Shown in pieces: positions 54,782 through 64,000 of a stretch of DNA of 64,000 nucleotides. The stretch spans positions 7,721 through 71,720 of the IMG/VR virus record IMGVR_UViG_3300033150_002070; one strand, given 5' to 3'. This DNA comes from a virus. Below the pieces are notes generated by a model. That model was not told the DNA's origin. It saw nothing but the letters and a program-made list of their open reading frames with translations, and did not search any database. How positions within the stretch are numbered: the first letter of the stretch is position 1; every line of letters starts with the position of its first letter. The position numbers and the translations under genes were made by a program.

Positions 54782-57143
54782 CGTCAACCTCCTCAAACGG
54801 CAGAAGGCCCTTAGCACTCACCTTTTGGTGGCGAATTGATCCAACCCTGATTGGAGTCTCAGGCGTGAACGGCTGGATCGCCTGAACCAGCTCCTCAGCA
54901 TACTGCTTGAATGGATGATCTGCTGGAAGCTGGCGAGTCACGCTCCTCATCAAAACTAGAGCTCTCAGAAGCGAGATTGAGGCAAGCTCTTTCTTAGCCT
55001 GGTAGTGGTTCGGATTTCGCTTCAGGGCCTCATACAGAAGCTCCTCAGCTTCATCATAAGCTCCCTCGTTGATCCTGTGAAGCGCCAGGTTGAAATACGG
55101 CCGCGAGTCCATCGGGTCATCCTTCATCTGCTGGATGTTGAGCCTCTCATAAAGCTCAAGCTTCCTGTCAAGATCTTCATCCTTCTTAAGATAACCGCGA
55201 TGTTCGATCATAAAGGGAGCCTTTTTGATCTTGAGCCTATTCCTGAAGCGTCTCAGGCACTCGTCGAAGTTCTCGTGGACTCGGCCAGTGTAGTAAAACT
55301 CAGGAATGTTTCTGAAAAGCCTGACCGCCTCTGAAAGTGTAAAGGCACCGATCTTCTGGATGTTTTTCACAAAGAACATCCATCCATCGGCATCCTCATC
55401 CATCATCCGCCTAAGTGTTACAAGCTTTTCGGTGTCGAAGTGCTCATCAGCATCCATGTGCAGTATCCACTTGGATGAACAGTGGTCCTTTGCAAAGTTT
55501 CTAACATCCGAGAACGAGTCGTTCCACTTGAAATCGTAAATCTTGACGTTTGGATAGTAGTCCGCAATCTCCTTAGTATCATCAGTTGAACCGGTATCTA
55601 CCAGAACCACCTCGTCCACAAAGTAATACAGCTCATCCAGGAGCCTTGGAAGCTCCTTGCCCTCGTTCTTGACGACCATACAGAGCGAGATGTTGGAGTT
55701 CTCATCCCACTTGTTGACCCGAATCGAGGTATCAACCAAGTGCCTGTACGACTCACCACCAACAAGCCTAGGATCTGGATGTTCATCAAGCTTCGAGTAA
55801 AAGCTGTACTTCCGCTCACGGAGATCCTGTGAGTCATATCCAAGGTGCTTAACCCTGACAGACGTCACTCTCGTGTACTCCCTTGGATAGACAGGCACGT
55901 TACCGCAGTGAAGACCCTTTTCATCGCCGAGAAGTATCTTTCGGCCTTTCTCAACCTTGAAAAGCCTGGGTCCGGCCATACGGCCGAATATCCCGTCGGA
56001 CCTCCACCATTTGCTTCCATCCTGATCGTTGATAAAGATTGTGTACCAAGTGAAAGTGTAGAGCTTCACTTCAGGATTGGGCGGGTGGATCAGCCTTTGA
56101 GCATATTCGTATGTCATCTTGTCCTCAAATATCTCGTCTGCATCCACCGAGATTATCCACTCAGCGCCTTCCTCTGCGGCCATCTCAAGGGCACGATTTC
56201 GCTCATCCCGCTCATTGAATCCACACTTCCACTCCTCAACTCTTATAACCTTGGGATGGGATTTAGCGATTTCAAGAGTGTTATCCTCGGACTTATTCAC
56301 AAGAACGACTATTCCATCCACAAACTCAGCGGTTCTGTCCAGAGACTTCTTGAGGAAGGCCGCCGCATTTTTCACTCTGTATGCCGCAAGTAACCGCTTT
56401 GGGCGATTATCTCGGTACTTACTATAAAAGACCTTCCAGTTGGCAGTTCCGCCACGAAGATCAGGATACATCCCAATTGTCTTCTGTCCGAAGTGGTGAA
56501 CGAAAACATCTCTTGCCCAGCAGTTGGCAAAGCCGGCTTCATTAGACCTCAACGAGTAGTCGTTATCATCGAAACCTCCGGGAGAAAACCTCTCATCCAT
56601 CCCGCCGATTGCCTCGTAGAGCTTCCGGTTTACCATCATGCAGAAGCCTGAGACAAACCCAATCTCCATCGCTGGAGCCTGCTGGCTCTTGTGGTATCTT
56701 ACAGCGAAATCGTCAAATTTATTTAGATCGTAGGTAAGGCCTGGAACGAACTGAGAACCGGCAACGAAATTAGAGCTTGGTCCGACAAGGCCAACAGGCC
56801 GGCCAAGCACCCTCGAGAGAAATTTAGCATCGGTCTCCATCCACCTTACCCACTTAGGTCCAACGATCGTATCGTTATTAAGAAGCACGATCCAGTCTGT
56901 GGCCCTGGCAGCAGCCATCCCCTGGTTTACAGCAACTACAAAGCCCTTATTCTCATCGTTCCGGATTATCCTGATTCTTGGATCGGACTTTGCTTGGGCC
57001 TTAAGCCATTCAAAGGTCCCGTCGCTTGAACCGTTATCAACTATAATCAGCTCGTAGGACTTGGTGTTGCGCCTTACAGCGTTAACTGCACGAATCGTGT
57101 ACTCAAGCTGGTTGAAGCACGGCATAACGATAGAATACTTCAC
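54771..57143 (-). CDS. Multi-domain glycosyltransferase (three GT2 domains plus TPR)
   Basis: 'SIVMPCFN...VDNGSSDGT...LLNND'; 'RVKN...WIISVDADE'; 'ISLCMVVKNE...VDTGSTDDT...MDADE'; TPR tail. Confidence 0.9.
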   Translation of the reverse strand: MKYSIVMPCFNQLEYTIRAVNAVRRNTKSYELIIVDNGSSDGTFEWLKAQAKSDPRIRIIRNDENKGFVVAVNQGMAAARATDWIVLLNNDTIVGPKWVRWMETDAKFLSRVLGRPVGLVGPSSNFVAGSQFVPGLTYDLNKFDDFAVRYHKSQQAPAMEIGFVSGFCMMVNRKLYEAIGGMDERFSPGGFDDNDYSLRSNEAGFANCWARDVFVHHFGQKTIGMYPDLRGGTANWKVFYSKYRDNRPKRLLAAYRVKNAAAFLKKSLDRTAEFVDGIVVLVNKSEDNTLEIAKSHPKVIRVEEWKCGFNERDERNRALEMAAEEGAEWIISVDADEIFEDKMTYEYAQRLIHPPNPEVKLYTFTWYTIFINDQDGSKWWRSDGIFGRMAGPRLFKVEKGRKILLGDEKGLHCGNVPVYPREYTRVTSVRVKHLGYDSQDLRERKYSFYSKLDEHPDPRLVGGESYRHLVDTSIRVNKWDENSNISLCMVVKNEGKELPRLLDELYYFVDEVVLVDTGSTDDTKEIADYYPNVKIYDFKWNDSFSDVRNFAKDHCSSKWILHMDADEHFDTEKLVTLRRMMDEDADGWMFFVKNIQKIGAFTLSEAVRLFRNIPEFYYTGRVHENFDECLRRFRNRLKIKKAPFMIEHRGYLKKDEDLDRKLELYERLNIQQMKDDPMDSRPYFNLALHRINEGAYDEAEELLYEALKRNPNHYQAKKELASISLLRALVLMRSVTRQLPADHPFKQYAEELVQAIQPFTPETPIRVGSIRHQKVSAKGLLPFEEVDDAG

Positions 57144-57364
57144 TTCTGAACCTCCTTGGGCTTCTCAGTTTTAGCTTCCTGCATGGCCTTCTTGATGCGA
57201 ATTACAACCCTGAGCTCACCTTCCAACCTCAAGATCTCATTGGCAACAACTTGAATCTCCTGCTGAAGCGAGTTAAACTTTCGCTGAAGTGCTGTGAGGT
57301 TTGACCTGATGTCAATTTCCTGACGGTCAATCTCTTTCTCAAAGCTTTTCTCTTGGGCCTTCAT
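57140..57364 (-). CDS. Small coiled-coil protein (fibre chaperone-like)
   Basis: Follows the fibre gene; heptad pattern. Confidence 0.6.
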   Translation of the reverse strand: MKAQEKSFEKEIDRQEIDIRSNLTALQRKFNSLQQEIQVVANEILRLEGELRVVIRIKKAMQEAKTEKPKEVQK

Positions 57365-57384
57365 AGCCTCTACCTCCTTCTCAA

Positions 57385-60357
57385 CTATATTAGGTAGCTA
57401 CCATACGAGCCGTCTCCTGCATCGAAATAATATGCCGTGACACCGTCCGGCGTCCAGTTGATCCTATCGCCTATAATCCATATATCTCCAGCCTCTGGAG
57501 AGGTCGGCTCGCCGAGGTGAACATCGCGGTGCCTTGCATTGTTAAGATACTGGGTGTGGTCGTCACTATCGAGACCTTGCAACTCGGAGTGGTTGATATC
57601 ACTCCAAGAGACCGAGGTGGAACCTGATTTCAGGAATTTCCCTGGAGATGGGGACAATTTTGCCCAGGTAGCTCCAGTAGTTCCCACTAAGAGAGCTCCG
57701 CCGTAAGTTGAACCTGTTCCAGTTCCTCCTCTAGCAGTAGGAAGCACCCCGCTTCCAATTGCGGATGCATCAAGATTTGGGGACCCGTCGGAGCCAGTGT
57801 GAGCGTGGTCTGAGCGGCTGATAGTAGTGGTAGAGCCGCTTCCACTGGTGGCAACTATCGCGTCTATCTGGCTATAGGCGAGGTCGCCTGTATGATCGCT
57901 GCCAGACAAAGCATGGACTTGGTTGTGGTGCTGGTTGGCAGTTATGTTAGTAAGATTGTTATGGTCTATGGCGGGGGCGTCGTTGGCACCTCCTGTATGA
58001 GTATGGCTACCGACATCTACTCCATCAACTGTTCCAGGCACCACGATATCCCCGTCAACAGTGAGAATATCCTCTACCTCGAGATCACCTTTGATAGTTA
58101 CATTGCATCTCCGCGCTGGGTCAAAAGCGCTCCGAAAGATGACCTCAGCATCTCCGGTATTAGGCCCCCCTCCGATGGTGAAAGTCGGTTTATCGGCCCA
58201 CGAAATACCTTGCCCATGATAGAAGGCCTCGAGCAGGCCATTTTCATCCTGAAATCTTATCCCTGGGACTTGGGGGTCAGCCCCTGGATAAATCCACATC
58301 CTCACATTGCCATTCTGATCATAGGCAACCAAGGTATCTGGATTATCAGGATCATCATGTCTATACAGGGCAATTCGAGACCCACTTGCCGCCGTCTGCA
58401 CTGTTCTCCCCGTCAATGTTCCCGTCTTAATATCATCAGCACTTAGCTTTCCTTTTATCGTTAGGGTGTTTTCCTCGCTTAGGTTCCAGTCTATATAGTT
58501 GTAATCATCGCCCTTAAACAGAAATGTTCCGTCCGACCCTATATACACCTTCCACGCCCCTCCATCATAAAATCCCAAATGCGTCCCATCACAGAAGAGC
58601 CCTGATCCAGACGGAGTAGCTGGTAGATTAGCAATCTCAGCCGCTGTCTTATACTCAGTTATATCACTGACTACATACCACGCAGTCCCATCGCTTCTTT
58701 GGAGGACATGGTGTTCTGAGTCATACCAGAGCCGACCAGGCCTATGGCTCGGAGGTGAAGCTCCATAATAGACCACATCATCTGCATGGTTGGCTGTCTT
58801 ATCAGCCCCGCTTTCAGCGGCCCACTTTCTCGTTGCTGTCTCGTCTATATGATCAGCATCAGCATCGCTCAAGTTGCCAAGCCCTGATCCAGACTCTATC
58901 ACAACTTGCCCCCGCACCTTAAGAGCCGACCCATCCCACTCAAGCTTCGGTGAAGCAGACCCGCCGAGCTTGAATGTTCCTGCGTTAAGATCAAACTCAG
59001 ACCCCTGGGAAGTGCCCCAGTTTTGAGATCTAAGCACCCCAGCAGTGATCGTCCCAAGATCAGCCGATATAGCAGAGAGGTTTGGCGTAAAGATATGTTT
59101 CGGCGTTATCGTAACACCTTCCTTATTGGCCGGCCAGAAGTGCCCATCCCACACCACACCTATCGCACAGTCATCGTCGGTAAACGCAAGCCTGATGTAG
59201 GCATCATCAAAGTAAGCGTAAGATCCCACATCATTTTGACCGAAATCGATCCGGCAGCATATCGCTGTCGCATCATCGCGGAGTTTTCGCGTAACAGAGA
59301 GCTTAACCCACTGATCCTTAGTCGTGACTTGACCTGAAGAAGTTGACTCCCACGTTGAACCGTTCCAATCAAGGAATATCACACTTGCACCGTCTATCCC
59401 ACCAGCAGATGGAATATAAACCCAAACCGAAAAAGTGTAACGCTTTCCAGCCTCAAAGTTACCCATCTTGTAATCAGCTGAGTTGGGCAGATTGTAGTAC
59501 ATTGAGCCAGAATCATCACTCTGAGTGACCTTAACACTCTTTGAACCAGAGTGCGCAACATCAGTAGAAAGCTGAACACTTCCTCTTGAGATATGATAGG
59601 ACCCATCGACCATGGGGTAGGTTATCTCACAGTCGCTGTTTGTGGCAAAGTTATCAGTCGGGGAGTATGGGCTGGACTGGAAAACATCAGGCTCAAGGTG
59701 ATCCCACCAGATAAAGACATCACCAGGGCTCGTGTTTCCATCCGCTATGTTATATGTAGATCCATTGAAGTAAAGGACACACCCGCTCCACGAAACAACC
59801 CCGTCACTTGGATCGTTGTCCTTAAATTCACCTGCATTGAGAATATGAGACCGAACAGTAAGCTCATTTGTCGTAACAGCACCAGCGGCCAGTTTCTCAG
59901 TTGTAATACACCCAGCGGCAAGATTCTCAGTTACAATCGAACCAGCCACAATCCGCTGTCCGGTGATAAGTCCAGCATTATAGGCCTTGTAGAAAACACC
60001 GTCGTAAACTTCACCAATCAAAAGCCTCTTGAAGGTGAATTCAGGAGGTGTATCGTCTGTCTGAAACTCAGAAGTCGAAACATCAGGATCAAACCAGATG
60101 AACTTCTTGTCTGTGGTGCCGTCCTGAATGTTGTAGATTGTTCCAGCATAGTAGATCGAGCAGTTTGACCAGGTAACCTCATCATAGGTAGGATCATGGT
60201 TGCTGAACGATCCACTCAAGAATATAGGCGCACCATCAAGTATCTGCTTGAGAAAGTCGGTATTCTCAAGTGCAGCGTTTATATCGCTTTGCCGTGTGGG
60301 ATCTCCAATGTTGACCCTTTTATCCGCTCTGAATATATAGCTCATAAACCACCTCAA
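57385..60357 (-). CDS. Tail fibre / receptor-binding protein with CBM-like insert
   Basis: 'ITTEKLAAGAVT', 'LSAISADLGTITAG', CBM-like 'YTFSVWVY...WVKLSVT...YFDD', HxH repeats, 'LPTARGGTG'. Confidence 0.78.
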   Translation of the reverse strand: MRWFMSYIFRADKRVNIGDPTRQSDINAALENTDFLKQILDGAPIFLSGSFSNHDPTYDEVTWSNCSIYYAGTIYNIQDGTTDKKFIWFDPDVSTSEFQTDDTPPEFTFKRLLIGEVYDGVFYKAYNAGLITGQRIVAGSIVTENLAAGCITTEKLAAGAVTTNELTVRSHILNAGEFKDNDPSDGVVSWSGCVLYFNGSTYNIADGNTSPGDVFIWWDHLEPDVFQSSPYSPTDNFATNSDCEITYPMVDGSYHISRGSVQLSTDVAHSGSKSVKVTQSDDSGSMYYNLPNSADYKMGNFEAGKRYTFSVWVYIPSAGGIDGASVIFLDWNGSTWESTSSGQVTTKDQWVKLSVTRKLRDDATAICCRIDFGQNDVGSYAYFDDAYIRLAFTDDDCAIGVVWDGHFWPANKEGVTITPKHIFTPNLSAISADLGTITAGVLRSQNWGTSQGSEFDLNAGTFKLGGSASPKLEWDGSALKVRGQVVIESGSGLGNLSDADADHIDETATRKWAAESGADKTANHADDVVYYGASPPSHRPGRLWYDSEHHVLQRSDGTAWYVVSDITEYKTAAEIANLPATPSGSGLFCDGTHLGFYDGGAWKVYIGSDGTFLFKGDDYNYIDWNLSEENTLTIKGKLSADDIKTGTLTGRTVQTAASGSRIALYRHDDPDNPDTLVAYDQNGNVRMWIYPGADPQVPGIRFQDENGLLEAFYHGQGISWADKPTFTIGGGPNTGDAEVIFRSAFDPARRCNVTIKGDLEVEDILTVDGDIVVPGTVDGVDVGSHTHTGGANDAPAIDHNNLTNITANQHHNQVHALSGSDHTGDLAYSQIDAIVATSGSGSTTTISRSDHAHTGSDGSPNLDASAIGSGVLPTARGGTGTGSTYGGALLVGTTGATWAKLSPSPGKFLKSGSTSVSWSDINHSELQGLDSDDHTQYLNNARHRDVHLGEPTSPEAGDIWIIGDRINWTPDGVTAYYFDAGDGSYGSYLI

Positions 60358-61013
60358 ACCCAGTGGGATTTTCTCGAAGTTCTGTCATCCGGATCAATCC
60401 TGCCGTAGTCATCAGTCCAGAAACCAGATACAGCCCGTTCTTCCTCAGTAGCCTCATCCCAAGACGGGGCCAAATCATCTACCCAATAGCCGGGAATTGG
60501 ATCAGCCCAAATCCGAACGAGCTTCTCGTCATCGTCCAGGGCCTCCCCAGCCCAGGATGTATCACACTTACCAGCCACAAAGAAAAGCCTGTGGATATGA
60601 AGATCTGTTAGATTTATCTCATCGGCAACTACCGGAATCGCCTTCCACACATCAATCCACAGATCTCGCCCATCAGATCTCCTAACTTGAATCCTCAAGC
60701 TTACAGGCTCAATAAGACCTAGACCTCCAAGCCTAAGCGTTGGATTTGAAGCAAGGCCGAAAAGCACTGTGAGGCTCTCAATGTTCCACTCAAGCATTCC
60801 AAGCTGAATTTCACACGACCTCGAATAGACCGCCCCCTCAGGGCCTACAAGCCTTGGTGTGTCACTTTGAATCTCACGGTACTCGGTCTTAAAGACTACC
60901 GAGCAGTCCTCAGCATAGCCAAGCTCATTTGTGGGTGTTGAGCCTACAGCTCCCCAAAAAATCTTAACACGGCCAGAGGCAACAGATCCAAAATCCAGCA
61001 CCGAAACGTTCAT
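60354..61013 (-). CDS. Tail-tube paralog
   Basis: 'SGRVKIFWG..GSTPTNELGY...LEWNIE...IDVWKA...W.GEALDDDEKLV' aligns with 52956-53495. Confidence 0.68.
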   Translation of the reverse strand: MNVSVLDFGSVASGRVKIFWGAVGSTPTNELGYAEDCSVVFKTEYREIQSDTPRLVGPEGAVYSRSCEIQLGMLEWNIESLTVLFGLASNPTLRLGGLGLIEPVSLRIQVRRSDGRDLWIDVWKAIPVVADEINLTDLHIHRLFFVAGKCDTSWAGEALDDDEKLVRIWADPIPGYWVDDLAPSWDEATEEERAVSGFWTDDYGRIDPDDRTSRKSHWV

Positions 61014-61537
61014 CTTACTATCACCATCTCAATGAGTTTTTCACCGCTTGAAAGAGTTGAATTGTCCCATGCAGTCTCAGCCGCACAAGCCTGAAACCTG
61101 AACGGGAAAGTGTGAAGATCAACAAAGGCTATCGAAAGCTCAGGTTCAGGAATTGCCTTCCACACCCTCACTTCAACGGTCGCACCAGAGGGCATACGGT
61201 GCTTGAAAAGAAGGGCCACCTCACGTGCCTCACTGTCCGATCCAAAACGAAGCGTCTCGTTTCCTGGAGTGTAATCCAGCCCCATCAGAGCCGCAATCTC
61301 ATCAAGCCTCCACTCAAGACCTGTGAAAACAATCTCAGCTCCCTCATAACTAACTACAGCCGACTCGACCAGCCTGGGGGTTCCTTTGATTACCTCGGAC
61401 ACATTTCTCCTCAGAGTGATTGTAGCAGACTCGATGTAACCCACCTCACTCGTTGGAGTCAAGCCAGCTGGACCCCAGTAGATTTTAGCAGGACCGAAAG
61501 ATATATTAGAAGCATTTCCAGCCGGAATGTTAGCCAC
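61010..61537 (-). CDS. Tail-tube paralog
   Basis: 'NISFGPAKIYWG..G.TPTSEVG...TGLEW...FKH.M.SG.T.E...WKA...FPF.F...TAW...L...EKLI'. Confidence 0.72.
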   Translation of the reverse strand: MANIPAGNASNISFGPAKIYWGPAGLTPTSEVGYIESATITLRRNVSEVIKGTPRLVESAVVSYEGAEIVFTGLEWRLDEIAALMGLDYTPGNETLRFGSDSEAREVALLFKHRMPSGATVEVRVWKAIPEPELSIAFVDLHTFPFRFQACAAETAWDNSTLSSGEKLIEMVIVR

Positions 61538-62075
61538 TTCTCTCGATCACCTCCACCCTCTTGAAAAACGACCTATGGGTTACCGACATCACTTCATACG
61601 ACACTGTTCCGACTGTAATCCTTTGCCCAAGCCTTATATCTACCCAGTCGTCAACAAAAATCAAAAGAGTTGACACTATCTCTCGTCCTGGCGTTGGAAC
61701 AAGATCCTCGGGCCTCGGACGAACAAGAGTGCACGGAAGGTTTGAGTACTTCAACACATCCTGTCGAAGCGGGTTTCCAACCGAATCAACCGCCCTTACA
61801 GAGATAGTTCCACTGGCAAAGCCTGAGACGGAAAAGCCCGTGACACTTGCATACTGATATGCAGACTGAAGGACGTCATCTCCAGAAAAGCTAAGTGTTT
61901 CAGCGCCTTGATTGATTGTTACCGTTCCAGAGGATGTAACACCTGAGATCGAGACAAGAAGGTAGGCGGACCTTGGTGGTTGCCTGTCCGGAAGGAACTC
62001 AGAGGCAATAGCACGCTCGTCAACAATGTAATCCGAGTCCTCGTAAACATCGCAAACTTCACTCAGCCTGATCAT
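61530..62075 (-). CDS. Head-closure-like protein
   Basis: C-terminal 'NLPC...DIRLGQRITVGTVSYEV'; follows the adaptor. Confidence 0.6.
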   Translation of the reverse strand: MIRLSEVCDVYEDSDYIVDERAIASEFLPDRQPPRSAYLLVSISGVTSSGTVTINQGAETLSFSGDDVLQSAYQYASVTGFSVSGFASGTISVRAVDSVGNPLRQDVLKYSNLPCTLVRPRPEDLVPTPGREIVSTLLIFVDDWVDIRLGQRITVGTVSYEVMSVTHRSFFKRVEVIERSG

Positions 62076-62632
62076 AGCGGCATACGGTATCTCACTAAAA
62101 TTTCCTCAACTTCTGGAGGAAGCCCTCCAAAGAAGGCCCGTTCAGATCGAACACCAACACGCCTTCTCTGGGCGAAATAGTACGAAACCAAAAGCTCAGT
62201 CGCAAGCACTATCTCTGGCGGAATCGTCGCATATCCAGCAGAGTAGCATATCTCAAGAGAACACTTCCCCTTTGTAAAGTAAGAGTCATCACCTGTAAGC
62301 CTAACAAGTCCAGTCTCCTCATCAATACCAAGATCATCAAGATCAACCGCCGTCCCATCATCCGTCACAGCTACCACAGAAACTATTGGAGTATGACGGA
62401 CAAAGATTTGATCCTGATAGTCGTCCTTGATGTCGTAGCTCTCATTGTAAGTCTCAAGGACAAGACTTCTTCCAATGAAAAGGTCAATCGCCTTTTCGGC
62501 CCTGCTTATGATCCGGTTAAGCAGAGCATCATAGACGGTTGTTCCGGCGACATCAAGAAACTCTTTTACCTCGCTTAGACTTGCGTAGTTTCCCACGAGC
62601 CCTCCTTCCAGAGTTCTTAGCAGGAGACTCAA
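62072..62632 (-). CDS. Head-tail adaptor (gp6/gp15-like)
   Basis: 'YASLSEVKEFL...DALL..II..A...ID...GR', 'YSAGY..IP.EI..A', 'V.EIL..YR'. Confidence 0.82.
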   Translation of the reverse strand: MSLLLRTLEGGLVGNYASLSEVKEFLDVAGTTVYDALLNRIISRAEKAIDLFIGRSLVLETYNESYDIKDDYQDQIFVRHTPIVSVVAVTDDGTAVDLDDLGIDEETGLVRLTGDDSYFTKGKCSLEICYSAGYATIPPEIVLATELLVSYYFAQRRRVGVRSERAFFGGLPPEVEEILVRYRMPL

Positions 62633-62939
62633 ACTTCAAAGCTTCAGGCTCAGGCTCAGGCTTAGGCTTAACACCATCCCTGATCGCACGAGCTATCTCA
62701 GCCCCAGAAGCACTCTCAAGGCCAAGAGCTTTAACCTTTTCGGTTATATCTTCATAGCCCTGATTTACAAGCCACTGCCTAGTCTCAACTCTTGCCACCT
62801 TGCACACGCCATCAATAACCCTTACGACCTCGCACCTGAAAGGCTCAGTATAGGCCTTGATCTTCACCTTAGGGTTTAACAGAATCCACATTTTTCCTCC
62901 CTGTAACTTCAAGCTCCCTAAGACGTGAGTCTCACTCAT
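62553..62939 (-). CDS. Hypothetical protein with basic C-terminal tail
   Basis: Between MCP and adaptor; K/R-rich end. Confidence 0.55.
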   Translation of the reverse strand: MSETHVLGSLKLQGGKMWILLNPKVKIKAYTEPFRCEVVRVIDGVCKVARVETRQWLVNQGYEDITEKVKALGLESASGAEIARAIRDGVKPKPEPEPEALKFESPAKNSGRRARGKLRKSKRGKRVS

Positions 62940-62958
62940 CTAGCCTTTCTCTGTAAAA

Positions 62959-63888
62959 CTATTCGCTGGGAGCTATACCTATCAGCTTCGCATTGGCCAT
63001 GTAGTTCTTGACCACAAGCACCTCGTCGCAGAAGATTTCAAACTCCTCGTACTGGGACGTGGTCCTTGCAAGCGGCATGATCTGAAGCGGAGTAAGCTCC
63101 GCTATAAATGTCTCGTCGGTATCAATCGCGTACATCGTCGAACAGGTTCCGCCGGTATAGCCGGTAACCTCGGAACCGTCGAACTGCATCGTATCAACGA
63201 TCCTCGTCGAGACGTAGCAAGGAATCCCATTGTACGATACGAGCTTGAAACCTCCCTTAACCTCGACCTGGTTCACCCAGCGCTGAGACGCCTGAAGCAG
63301 GGTAACAAGCTGACGACGAGTGCGCTTGGACATGATGAGCATATCAGGCTCACCGGCGCACTTATCAATAAGCTCGTCAACCTTCTCAAGCGTCAAGGGT
63401 GCACCGCCAGACGCTGTGGTCATAAGAACCGTCTGCGAGCTAGGTATCAGGACATCGAGACCGTCGAACTCCTTAGAGTTGGACGAGGAATCGCCCCTGA
63501 AAAGAGCATACTCCTCAAAGTCGCGGAAGTCCTTGGCCTTGGCCTCGATCTCCTCAGCAAGGATATCCAGCAAAGACCTACCAATTGCCCTCGCCTTCCG
63601 AGAAACCTTCCCCTTCGTGAGGATGGTCTTATACTCGAAAGTAACCTGGCTGTAGGTGCTGGTATCCTCAGTTGCGGAGTCGGTATCGCTTACAAACTCG
63701 GCAGGCGTGGAGCCAGCAACCCGACGGTTAACATACCAGTACCTTCCAGAACCCTTCTTCCTCGGCAAATTCTGCCTCAGAGGGTTCTTGTACTCTACGA
63801 TATGCGCTATCTCCTTATCTATCTCGGGTTGCATTATCACCGAGCCGATTTCAGAGACCCCAAGCGCCTTCTTGATGTCTATACTCAT
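62959..63888 (-). CDS. Major capsid protein (HK97 fold)
   Basis: 'EEYALFRGD...KEFDGL', 'LTLEKVDELID', 'PDMLIMS', 'YNGIP', 'LARTT...FEI'. Confidence 0.85.
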   Translation of the reverse strand: MSIDIKKALGVSEIGSVIMQPEIDKEIAHIVEYKNPLRQNLPRKKGSGRYWYVNRRVAGSTPAEFVSDTDSATEDTSTYSQVTFEYKTILTKGKVSRKARAIGRSLLDILAEEIEAKAKDFRDFEEYALFRGDSSSNSKEFDGLDVLIPSSQTVLMTTASGGAPLTLEKVDELIDKCAGEPDMLIMSKRTRRQLVTLLQASQRWVNQVEVKGGFKLVSYNGIPCYVSTRIVDTMQFDGSEVTGYTGGTCSTMYAIDTDETFIAELTPLQIMPLARTTSQYEEFEIFCDEVLVVKNYMANAKLIGIAPSE

Positions 63889-63904
63889 CCAGTCTCACCT
63901 CCTT

Positions 63905-64000
63905 TCAGTTTGCGGGAGTTTCAGGAACGCCCATCTTCTTGAGAACGAACCTAAGCCTGTCGGACGGCGTCATATTATCAAACTCCCTCGCCTCATCATC
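63905..64000 (-). CDS. C-terminal end of the gene upstream of MCP (scaffold/protease by position)
   Basis: Open frame DDEAREFDNMTPSDRLRFVLKKMGVPETPAN*; partial. Confidence 0.45.
   Translation of the reverse strand, partial: DDEAREFDNMTPSDRLRFVLKKMGVPETPAN

Noticed and set aside
1-64000. Archaeal virus or integrated prophage with host genes
   Set aside because: Peptidoglycan amidase, holin, sigma70/sigma54 motifs and a beta-clamp indicate a bacterial host. No integrase, att site or host housekeeping genes are visible, so lifestyle is undetermined

Overview
About 64 kb of a tailed dsDNA bacteriophage genome, probably siphovirus-like and probably most of a circularly permuted genome. The host is likely a diderm bacterium (T7-type amidase endolysin, Shine-Dalgarno sites, sigma70/sigma54 promoters, IHF-like sites). 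The minus strand carries the late genes. At 1-11.2 kb: TerS candidate, methyltransferase, intein-containing TerL, signal-peptide LamG/CBM proteins, portal, three glycosyltransferases. At 42.3-64 kb: major capsid, neck, three tail-tube paralogs, fibre, a triple-GT2/TPR enzyme, tail chaperone with a -1 frameshift, tape measure, lysis genes. The plus strand (11.5-42.3 kb) carries early, accessory and replication genes. Main finding: a phage-encoded Ro60 (TROVE/vWA) gene under its own sigma70 promoter, followed by three Y RNA-like genes sharing one stem (one YrlA-type permuted tRNA mimic, two minimal variants) and a fourth structured element. Other highlights: a tandem array of eight divergent paralogs of a small unknown (possibly ART-like) domain plus remnants; two early genes each bracketed by 17-nt inverted repeats that compete with a terminator or an SD-blocking hairpin; two iteron-like non-coding regions. 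All product calls come from motif recognition by eye; no searches were run.
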